DNA from: Lama guanicoe
Taxonomy: Eukaryota
Direction: 5' to 3'
Length of the DNA stretch: 64,000 nt
Assembly: GCA_013239625.1 (NCBI GenBank)
Contig: MU053379.1
Span: forward strand, 5,516,659-5,580,658
Shown: positions 36,801 through 48,800 of the stretch, piece after piece
Numbering within the stretch: position 1 is the stretch's first letter
How the letters are laid out: the number at the start of each line of letters is the position of its first letter
Made by a program: the position numbers and the translations under genes
The notes under the pieces: model-generated
The model's database searches: none
What the model saw: only the letters and a program-made list of their open reading frames with translations
What the model was told of the DNA's origin: nothing

Positions 36801-39800
36801 ATAAAAAATGAACATACAAAGATCTGTTGTGTTTCTATACACTAATAACAAACTATCAGAAAAAGAAATTTAGAAAATAACCCCATTTACAATTGCATCA
36901 AAAAAAAATACCAAGGAATAAATTTAACCAAGGAGGTGAAAGATCTGTACTCTGAAAACTGTAAGGCATTGATGAAAGAAATTGAAGAGGATGCAAATAA
37001 ATGGAAAGGTTTTCTGTACTCACGGATTGGAAGAATTCTCCTTGTTAAAATGTCCTTACTACCCAATGCAATCTACAGATTGAATGCAATCCCTATCAAA
37101 ATACCAATGGCATTTTCCACAGAAATAGAGCAAACAATCCTAAAATTTGTATGGTGCCATAAAACACTCCGAATACCCAAAACAATCTTGAAGAAGAAGA
37201 ACAAATCTGGAGGCATCACACTCCCTGTCTCCAGCTATGTTACTAAGGCTATAGTAATCAAAACAGCATAGTATTGGCATAAAAGTCCTAGAAGAAAGCA
37301 TAAGTGATAAGTTCCTTAGTATTGGTCTTGGCGGTGAGTTTTTGGCTCTGACACCAAAAGCAAAGGTAACAAAAGCAGAAATAAACAAGTGGGACTACTA
37401 AAAAGATTCTGCACAGCAAAGGAGACCATCAAAAAAAAAAAAGGCAGCCTACAAAATGGGAGAAAATATTTGCAAATCATGTAGCTGATAAAGGATTAAC
37501 ATCTAAAATGTGTGATGAACTCATAAAACTCAATAGCTAAAAAATGAACAGTTGGGTTAAAAAATGTCAGAGTGACTGAATAGATATTTAACCAAAGATG
37601 ACATGCAGATGGCCAACAGGTTCATGGAAATGTGCTCAACATGACTAATCATCAAGAAAATGCAAATCAAAACCACAGTGAGATACCACCTCACACATGT
37701 CAGAATGGCCATCATCAAAAGACCAGAGATGATAAGTGTTGGTGAGGACATGGAGAAAAGGGAGCCCTCGTGCACTGTTAGGAATGTAAATTGGTGCAGC
37801 CCCTGTGAAAAACAGTATGGAGTTTCCTCAAAAAAATTAAAAATAGAACTGCCATATGATCCAGCAACCCCACTTCTGGGTATTCCAGAAAGGAAAACAG
37901 GATATGGAAGCTCTCTCTGCACACCCGTGCCCATTGCAGCATTACTTACAGCAGCCCAGATACGGAACCAGTGGAAGTGTCCACCAAGGGATGAGTGGAT
38001 GAAGAAGATGTGGTAGATACATGTACATATTGGAATAGTATTGAGTCATAGGGAGGAAATTCTGCCATTTGTGACCACACAGATGAACCTAGAGGTCAGA
38101 GGGAGGCAGATACTGCGTGGTAGAACTTACATATGGAATGTGAAAGAAAAACACGCCAAGCTCATAGGAACAGAGAGTAGAAAGATGGCTCCAGGCTCAG
38201 GGGTGGGGAACTAGGGTGGGTCTGGTGAAAGGGGACTGGCTCTCGGCTCTGAGAAGAGCAGGGTCTCAGGAGCTAATGTAACATGTGGCAACTGGAGCTG
38301 GCAGCGTTACATCACACCACTGAGATTTGCAAAGAGAGTAGATTTTAAATGTTCTCTCCTTCCCCTCTCTGAAAGATAAATATACGAGGTGATGGATGGG
38401 TTAATTAACTCAATGGGGAGGACCCTTCCACAGTGTATATCGAGTCACCATGATGCACACTTTCAATATCTTACAACTTTATTTTTCAGCTATATCTAAA
38501 ATTAAAAAAAAATGTATCTGAGCAGAAGCAGAGACTTTTGCTTTAATAGTCAAAAAGTAGCCTCCCCAGGCCCAGCCGGGTGGTCTTGTTTTTCTCCTTG
38601 TGGTGACCCCCTTCTTTTTATTTTCATAGCCAATTTTATTGTTAGTGAGACCACCCAATGACAACTGTGCCTTTTTTATTTAGGGCTACAAAAAAAGCTT
38701 CTTCTGGGTTTTGTTTTTTTTTTTTTTGAGCGATGTTATAAAATAGAAAGTTTGCACAAATTCCCATTATATAGTGTAAGGTATAAAGACTGAAAAAACA
38801 TCTCATGCTTGTCTTTCTTTTACACTATCGGAAATTAAATTATCTCATGGGGATTAAACAACCTTCACACTGTATAAATGTTCTCTTCCAGCAACAGTTT
38901 AGTAAGTCTGCATGTTCTAGCTAAAACAAGCACTGTGTGGCAAAGAGCCAAGGGTCACCTTGTCCCCTTGAGACAGAGCCATGCTAGCTCCACCTGGGAC
39001 AGTACCTCTGGGAGACCAGAGCACTGAAGATGACCCATTGATGAGAACTGAACTCTAAGAAAGTGATGAAACTAAAATGACTTCATTACAGGCAAGGCTT
39101 AGATACTGGTATCATGGCTGACCAGCGCAGTGGGAGGTTTGTCAGAATTCTCTACGGGTGCAACGGTTCTCTGATTTTCTCTGCAGATGAGTAAGTCAGG
39201 TTGGTAACAACATATCAGAAGTGGATCCCTGTTGTGTTTAAGTAGGTCAGAAATGCTTGTCCAGATGGAGCAGACCTGCTTGTTTAACTTGTTCCTTCTC
39301 CTTCCTCCTTCCCTTTGTGCTCTTGCCCGTCTTCACTCACTCGTCAGACAGTCTGAGCTACATCTTCTGTGCTTGGGACCCAACAACAACTGTCTCAGGG
39401 AAAGTAATCTGGAGATACAGCACGGCGAATAGTGTCATGGTGGCCCTGTGCGTGATGAGGCTTCTGTAGAGATGCTGGGCGGAGGGGGCACAGGACTTGG
39501 GCTTGAAGAGTTGGGAGAGGTTCTGTGGAAGAAGCATCTTGATGGACACGTAAGGGTCGGGGGTGACCCTGGCGGGTAGGAGAGGAAAACCAGTCCCTGA
39601 GAGAGTGGGAGACAGGAGGCCCATTTGCTCTTCGGCTGATAACCTACAGCACTCAAATCTAGGAGATGCTCTTCAGGGGCTTTACTGTCATCCAGGTGGG
39701 TTTCCACGGTATTCAGTTCACAGAGGCTTCAATTTTAAGAAACAGACAGTGAACCAAAAAGTGTGCCTTTTCAAGAATAAGAGGGTGGTCAAAATAATTA

Positions 39801-42800
39801 GTATACACTTACTTAAAAATACCATCTCATTCATATTGCTAACTTGTTTTATGAGACGATTCTTTCTTTTTTGGGCAGGAGACCAAGGCTGAAATAATCA
39901 CTAGAGAGAATAAGAAGAGGTTACTTGCCAAGGAGGAGCAAAAAGAAGAGAAAAAATGGGATGTCCTGTCATTTTCTATTGAGGAAGAGATGCAAGAGAA
40001 TTTGAGCTCTGGAATAAAGAACCTGGAAGACTTTCTGAAATCGTGTACAAGTAGCTCGGTGAAATTTCGGGTAGAAATGGTAGGCTTAAAGGCCTGCTTG
40101 AAAGCGTGGAAAGAGCATTGCCGAGGGAAAGGTGTGTGAGTGGATGCTCATTTGTTTGCTTTAATAAATTGGAGAAGAAATAAAAATGGAATGATGACAG
40201 CTGTCCCTTATTAAGTGGAAATTTGTGGGAGAAGCCTTAGATGCATTATGTCATTTTCTCCTTGCAGAGTTCCTCTAAGGCTGATTTTCTCTATTTTGTC
40301 AATGAGTGCTGACCTTTCAGAGAGGGCCCCAGTAGCAGTTAAATATACAGCACATTCATAAGTGAATTCAAATCAAATTACAGGCAAAGTTAGGTCTACA
40401 GATAACTGCGTACAGAACTGTGGGCGTGGTTCAGGGGACCAGCCGAGACGGTGAGTTTCCTGAGGAGGGTCTGTCCTTCATCTCTGAGATCTCAGCTGCA
40501 GACTTTTTCTTTCTGAGTGGAGCGTGGATCTTGTTTGCCTGGCTTGCTGAGTCCTTCCAAAAGTGGCTGTGGTTTCCACATGCTTTGCTTTACCGCTGCT
40601 ACAGTAGATGGCAGAAAGGAATGGAAGAGGCAGGTGATGGAGAAATCAGGCAGGGTGGAGATGTGCAAGTTGACAGGAGGTGCGACAACCAGGTGCCTGA
40701 TGCCTCTGGATGGACAGCTCTCTCCTGCACCTCACTGGTCTGACTCTCCATTCTCTCCATGCTGGAGTCTGTTGCACACGTGGCTGCCAGGTTCTTTTTT
40801 CCTTCTCGTTCTACCAACTTCAGTCTGTTGAGCAAAGTTAGCCTTTCACTGTGGCCTTCATCACCGTGAGAAGCACATGACTTGGCCTGTGTAGCGCTCA
40901 CTCAGACACTGCATCAGGATTTGCAGTTGGCTGCTAGTAAGGGGCTGAGGGTTAGCAGTGGCTTACCTTCCTGGGCAGTGAGAATTCTGGATTAAGTGTG
41001 TTTTGTAGCCTTTATAGCATCTGTAGGTGTCTGGCAATATTTGTTAAATAGATAAAATGTAGGGTGATGGAAAGAAAGGTGGAATCAAAACAGCTCTGAC
41101 AGGTAGCGCAGGAGAAGGTCAGCAGTGAGGAGGAGCAGGAGGGATGTGTGGGACTGTGAGGAAGTGGTGGGGTCACAAATTGGGGGCTGGAAGTTGTAAC
41201 AGGCTGAGGGAATGAAAAGGCTGCAATGATCATGCCACGTACTTACCCATTAGGCCACCATTAGGATTCAAAAAATGTTGCCAAGGTTTTAACCAGATAT
41301 TTAAAGTCAGCTGATTATTTTTCTTTGAACACAGTAGAGAAGGAATGAAAATGATGGATGGAGAAGAGATTTGTTCCCCAGAATTTATACAAACTCGGGC
41401 TTTGATGATCTTTTTTCTACCATGAACTACAAGGTGTTTCTTTTCCTCCGGCACTCAGGCAGCTACATTGCAATTATCCGTGGAGATGATGAAGTGTGTG
41501 TAGTTGCTCTTACAACATTTAATTTTATTCCGTTGTCTGTACTCCCAAACCTCCATTAATGCTTAGACAGTGAATTTAATTGGGTCAGATTGGTAGCCTG
41601 ATGACTAACCTTGGATAATCAAATATTTATTGCTTTTGATGGGCTTTAAAACAGTTTTGCTGTTTTGCTGTTTGTTCTTTGCCCAGGTGAAACCACAAAA
41701 GATATAAGTATAGCTGTTCAAATGATGAAGAGGATCCACTCTGTGATGGAAAAGTACCCAGAACTTTTGCAAGAGGCAGACCAACAACTCATAGCCAGAT
41801 GCCTTAGGTATTTAGGATTTGAGGAGTTGGCAAGTTCTGTGCATCCATCCCAGGTAATGCTTTCAGAATAGCTCCACTTTAGTTATTAGGTGTACATAAA
41901 GTGTCTTGTAGACACCATGACCTCTTTTAGATTTTTTTTTACTGAAAATATTTACTCTAAGTTCTTAATCATTGTTAGTAATCTAGCTGCCCCAACTTGA
42001 AGTAATCCAGAGTTAGAAAATTGTGCAGATGCTCGTCTGGACAGACAAATTAAATGCCAGATAATCTCTGCAGACCTTTAAAATCGGTCCTGTGTTTGAT
42101 TCTAGCAAAACATTTAAAAGCTGTACTGTGATTGCTCAGTTGTCTTTATATCAGACTAGCTCAAATATCATGGTGGGCATGTGAAAATCTTGATGTCTGC
42201 TAATTATTTACTCTTAGTTAAGGTGATGATTTAGGTGGGAAAATATTTCTTCAATAAATATACAAATCTAAAAGGTGTGGGTGCTTTTCTCATAAAATTA
42301 TTTAATTATTTTATTAAAAATAATATTTTAATCATTTAAATGATGTAATTTTTGTGTTCTAAAGCTGTACATTTTAGCAAACGTGGTTTAAAAAACAATG
42401 CCAAGAATCCAAGTGACAAATGGTAGGTCTTTTCTTTTTTGTTGTTGGAGTATAGTTAATTTACAGTGTCAGTTTCAGGTGTACAGCAAAATGATTCAGT
42501 TATACATACACATACATATATACATATTTTTTTCAGATTCTTTTCCATTGTATGTTACTTCAAGAAATTGAATGTAGTTCCCTGTGTTATACAGTAGGAC
42601 ATTGTTGTTTGTCTATTTTATAGCAGGGTGTATCTGTTAAATGGTATAATTTAAAATCACTTTCAAAATGGACTTTTAAAATAATATCACAGGTCACAGG
42701 AAATGACATAAAAGAGAAGAAAAAGAATAAATACTCAGTTGGCATTGGGCCAGTTCGGTTTCAGCTGCAGCACATGGGCCAATATTTGGTACGAGAGGAG

Positions 42801-45800
42801 AGGAAAGACCCAGACCCCAGGGTTCAGGACTTTATTCCTGACACTTGGCAGGTAATGACTGAATGAAATGGACATTTTTGTGTTTTATCATTAAATTTGA
42901 TCTGAGGAACTTCTCATTATTGTGGCTCTGCACACCATGTTTGGCATCAACTTCTTCATATTGAGTCATGCCATTGAAAATGATTCTGTCACTGGAAATG
43001 TCAAATGTAGACTTTTTTCCCATGTAGAGAAAGTGAATTTTTCATTTCGTTCATTTTTCATAAACAGACTATTTTCCTGGAGGTGCTGTGATGGATTCTT
43101 GTGTGTATATTTGAAGTTCTGTGTCATCCAGCTGTATCGTTACAGAGCTGCCCCAGGGTTTTCCAGTGTCAGTAGGATTTCCTGTATGAATACAGATGTG
43201 TGCACAGAGACATTTGGGAGTCCAAGCAGTATAGACAAGTGTTTGGATGTTTACACGTGGCACCTGTGCCAGGGTAGCTCTTCTACAAGTAATGTAAAAT
43301 TAATATTGATGGGTATAAAATTTGGGGTAAAAGTGTGTGTTTCTGCATTGATTCAACCTTATAAGACTGCCTTGAACCTTATAAATTAAATGTTTCCCTA
43401 CAAGAGTGGAGTTTGACAGGTGCAGTCTAATAGACTGTTTTCTGCAGATCCGGGCTTTGTCTTCCTTGTGTTGATGGTGGCAGGTGCCTCAAAGTCCCTG
43501 CTTGTTGTTCAGGAGAGGGAGAACCAGAGCCTGCCTTCCTCAAGTGCAGGCTCAGTGGGGGGCTCCCCTCGCATCCCTCACGCCCTGCAGTTCTGTGCCT
43601 GCTTCACTCTGGGGTGTGGACCTGGCTCAGGGAGTGAATGGGATGGGGCTTGGGGGTGTTCTTTCACCTTCTGCCCATCACACAGGCTTATGGTTCTGTG
43701 ACTGGGCATCATTTCAAGGAATAAAAGCATGGGCTGAATGGCTGTGAGCCTGTTTTAATGAAGGTCCCACACACCTCCAGTGTAAGGACCTGGTGTTCTC
43801 TTTAGAAAGTAGAAGATAGGTAGTGAAATTATTAGTCATTGATGTTTCTTCTCCTTCACTACTTTCTCCCTGTCACAAAGACGCACTTTGGCTCCTTCTT
43901 AGATCCTCATTTTTCAGAGCCGTTGTGCACTTAGTGATGAGTAACCAGAAGGAAGATCTCCACATGGACGAGGTACTTGGTTCAAACTCACTCTCGGTAC
44001 TTCACACACAAGCCCGCCCCCAGGTGCTGGAAAGCATTGTGGTTGTCTGCTGGGGGAGAGCCCCGTGAGTCCTTCAGATGCTCTCTGGTACAGCTCACCC
44101 TGTGGTCTCAGCTCCCAGCCACTCATCTGAGTGGATTACGTATTTGTTTTGATAACGTGCTGTTCATGGTATTGACACAACGGTGCTCTGAACCCTGCAG
44201 AGGGAGCTCCTGGATGTCGTGGACAATAATGAGTCAGCAGTCATCGTAGCCCCCACATCCTCAGGGAAGACCCACGCCTCCTACTACTGCATGGAGAAGG
44301 TGCTGCGAGAGAGCGATGAGGGGGTGGTTGTGTACGTGGCCCCCACCAAGGTAGGGCCCTGGGGATGGGGGGATTGCCCAGGGTGACCAGGGGGTGGTCA
44401 TGAATGTGGCCCCCATCAGGGTATGTCCACGGGGATGGGGAGTCTTCCAGGGTGATGAAGGGGTGGTCGTCTACGTGGCCCCCACGAAGGTAGCAATCAG
44501 GTGACTTGAATTTTCTCTTCCACTCCTGTGGTCACATGGCGGATTGAGCTTACTTTGTTTTCCAATTTATTTTTTTCCAGTTTTACTGAGATATAATTGA
44601 CATGGAACATAAAAGTTTCAGGTGTACAGTATATGGCCACTATTTGTATGTATTGTGAAATGATCACCACAATCAGTTAACACATGTTTTTTCTTGTAAT
44701 GAGAACTTTTAAATCTACTCTCTTGCCAACTTTGAAATACATAACATACAGTTGCTAACTATTGTCACCATTATGTCCCAGGACTTTTTTATCTTATAAC
44801 TGGGAGTATGTACCTTTAGACCCCCTTCCCCCACTTCCCCCACCCCCCACTTCACCAACCCCCAATCTGTTTTGTTTCTGTGAGTTTCACTTTCTTTTTT
44901 AGGCTGCGTTTTCTCCTTCCAGTTTGAAAGGCCAAAATAACACCTTAGAGCCTGGTGAGGGTGAGCTCTGGTTGTGGGACCCTGTCACTCAGCACTTGTT
45001 TATACAGAGGGAAGCACCATTCTTTGCTGGGCAGTGTTGAGTGGATAAGAATTTGTTATTGCCTCTACCACTGGCGAGCAGGATGTGTCCACTCTGCTCT
45101 TGGGCACTGGTATCTGGCTTGTTTCTCAAGCCATGTTGTTTTGCCATGTTTCTTTTATGGCCGGTACCACCTAATATTGGCCTTAAACAGCAGAAAGTCT
45201 AATCTTTGTCATTTAGGAGAAAGTTTTGTTTACAGAAGGTATAGATATCCTCATTTATGACCCTTTGTTTTTAATGTGATTACTCTTAAGAAAGGCAGAT
45301 TTGGTTGGGATAACTAATTCTATAGATTAAAATGAATTCAGTCTCCATTTTAGTTTCTAGGAAAAGGTGGCCTTGAGGGACGTGTGCTCAGGCTCAGAAC
45401 TGGATTGAACAACATGATTAGTTGAAATTAGTACTTTATTTTTTTGTTTGCAGCTTTTTCATTTTTCATAGTTGTGAAAGCAGGGAAATTAGTAAAATAT
45501 ATGAAGAGAAACTGAGCTTCCTGGAAGTGGAATTGATGAAGTCAGCTTCATGCATGTTGCCAAGTTACTCTTCTAAAAGTTACATCCATTGTTGTTCCCA
45601 CTGACAGATACCGTCTCTTATTTTTCCCAGCATTCCTGTGATCATTTAAAAAAATTTTCCATTATGATCAATGAAAACTTCTGTCTCATACTTCAACGTG
45701 TGCTTCTGGATCCCTGGTGGTTTGGGGCTCTTTACACGTGCTTTCTTGGCAGTGGGATTTCTTTATTCACCAGTTCACTTGTGGGTGTATCTGCCTGTTT

Positions 45801-48800
45801 TCCTTTTCGTCTAGTGGAGAGGGATTGTCTTCCTGCTGATTTTCAGAATTTTGTGTGATAAGTGTATTACTTTTTCTCTATAAATTATAACAGATATGCT
45901 TTTTCATTTTGTCTTTTTGCTGTATTGTGGTCATATTAATGATAATATGTTAATGTCTTTGTACAGTCAGATCTACCAGTGTCTTTAGCATTTCCATGTG
46001 TGCTCAAATAGATGAAAACCTTCACTTTCTAGTATCTTCATGCTTATGTCTTAAAGTTTACACTTTAGTCACAGTGAAATTTATTTTTTGATATGAAGTG
46101 TGAAATGTTTGTGGATATGCACACTCTCTGATTCCACTGGTCAGGCTGCCTGCCTGGTCAGTGTTCTGCTCCTTGCAATGTAGATGTCCGGGGAGACATC
46201 CCCAAGGTATGAGGACCACAGGACACCCCGGCTGCCCCCTCCCTCTGCCATCCCTCTCCAGTAGACTCAATGCTTCTCTCTGTGCTGTCTTTGTCTGATA
46301 TGTGGGCTTCGTTTCCCATTTCTCCCTCTGATGAAGCTGTTTTTTCCCATTTTCTTTGGGTTGAGACTCATCAGTGAGGTTCCCAGGTGAGTCGAGCAGC
46401 AGGAAGGCGGCGTGTGTGTTAGTGGATGCAGAGCAGAGGCTGTGAGGTGTGTGGACCTCCCTGTGTTCCCCACAGTGCTTGTTTGTAGACAATCCCTGTG
46501 GTTCTCTGAGGTTTCACCCAGACTTTATTATGTGATTAATGGAAGGCTTTCCTTGTCAATCAGGCCCTTGTGAACCAAGTGGCAGCCACGGTTCAGAACC
46601 GTTTTAACAAAAATCTGCCCAGTGGAGAAGCTCTGTGTGGGGTGTTCACAAGGGACTATCGACACGACGCCCTCAACTCTCAGGTAGGATGTGTATTAAT
46701 TAGTGTATCTGTTACCAAATTATATGATGGTACTTAGAAGTCTCTCTCACTAGAAATTCAGTATCTTGGCAAGCCTGTAGAAATAATTTTCTTGAATTTA
46801 CAAAAGATGTCACAGCTTCAGAGAAAATTTAACATTGTTTCATTCCAGAGAGTGAGAAACAGCTCATCTTTCTCAGGGACACTTATATTTTGATTGTAGA
46901 TTTCAGTTATAGTTCATTGGCATCATCTTGGCTTGTAAGTAGATTGAGAATGGTCTGAAAAACCCAGTGTTATACAAATTAATAAACACTGCTTTCCAAG
47001 CATAGCTGTTTCTTGACCTGCCTTGATAAGTAGGATACTTATGGTAATTTCAGAAACACTGTGTCGTGGATAGACGGCGGGGCGTGAAATAGGCCTCAGA
47101 TAGTGGTCCTCCTCACTGAACTCATGGACAAGCAGTTGAGACCAAACACAAAGGGAAACTGTGACCACGGAATGCTGCGTGGGGGACTGGGCTGTGCTGC
47201 CGAGGGTAGGGAGCGTGGTATTGGTGTCAGTCCCCCAAGTCCTACCTCCACAGCCTGCACCTGGGGCTGAGCAGGGCAGGGGGTAAACACCAGCTGTCTT
47301 GGCTGAACGTGGAGTGTCCCTGGCAACCACTGTTTATGCCAGGATCTGAGCTGGGGGCCAGAGCATCACCAGGTGTGTCCTGCAGCTCATCTCCTCCCTC
47401 TGCTTGGCCCTCTCCCAGCTGCCATAGTTGCTAGTCTTCAATAAACATTTTTCAATTTAAACTGTACCTCAGGGTCAGATTTTGAGGAAATAAGCCTGCG
47501 ACAATGAACTCTTACTGTTATCACCTTGAATGCTCGTTAATAAGAATTCAAGCTGCGTAAGCCATTTGACCTATAAAAATGGCAGTTTCACAGGGCTTAA
47601 AGTAATCTGTCACAGCTTTCCTGCAACATTCTCAGAAGCAGCAGGTGCCTTCAGGAGCTACAGCACTTTTGTGTTCTTGGAACCACGTCTTCCAGCCCTG
47701 AGAGCTCACCACATCTGTCTGCACATGGTTTATTTCAGGTACTTGTCACTGTGCCTGCCTGCTTTGAAATCCTGCTGCTGGCTCCTCATCGCCAGGCGTG
47801 GGTGAAGAGGATCAGATACGTGATATTTGATGAGGTGGGTGGGGTATGATTTCTCTAGGTTGAGTTCCTCGTTTGGCCACCTTAGGGTGTTTGTCATCGG
47901 TGGGAGTTGGCGTTGGGGGTCCCCGGCTTCCCGGGTGAGTCACATTCAGCCTTTTGGGTCCGTTTTCCTCTTCGGGTTCAGGGAGGGGCGTCTGGGTCTG
48001 CAGACCCCTGTCTTTGGTGACTTGGAGCAGTATTAGCCACCAGGGCATAGATTTTCCTGGACAGAGATTTCAAAATCCAATCTTGGACCCCTGCAGCAAA
48101 GATCTGGGGCTCTGACAGTGATGTCAGTTATGTGAGTTATTTCATCAGTCTTGGTCCTGACAGAAAACAAATGACACTCAAAATAGAGCGACTTGAGAAC
48201 AGCCTTTTCCCCAGGTGTGCAGGGGACGCTGTCATCCAGAGAGAGCAGCTCTGCCTGGGACTTAGAAGGACAAGCAGAGGGGTGACCATGGAGTCCTGCC
48301 AGGAGACTGGGGCTGCGCTGGTCGCTTGGTGAGGGCGGCGGTCTGAGCCCGGGTCCTGCCAGGCTCATGGTAGCCTGTTAGGAGGACAGCATGGCCCAAA
48401 GACCCTTCCTCTCTTCTGGTCTCCTGCCAAAGTCGCCTTTGGCCAAATCCGATGGAACCAGAGGGCAGAGGAGTCCTTTGAAGGAGCCTCTGTGCGTCAG
48501 CTTCCCTGGGCAGAAAGGGCAGGATGGAAAATAATGGACGTACAATAGGGCAAATGAAGGGTATTTAGAAAACTTCTACAGCAGCGTTAAGAATATTTAT
48601 TCAGAGACTTTAAACGTTGTAAAGTGATCCTTTTGCTTCAAGGAATTTTCAGTTTCAAGTGGAGAACGGTGATAAGCCTATGTCTAACTTAGCTTTTCTC
48701 ATGCTGTAAACTCAGAGTGACCAAGCACAGTGATGCCTTTCTTTGGTTTGAGTCTGATTTATTGTGTTTATTTTTGCTCGGTCTGTGTAAACTGCATCTT

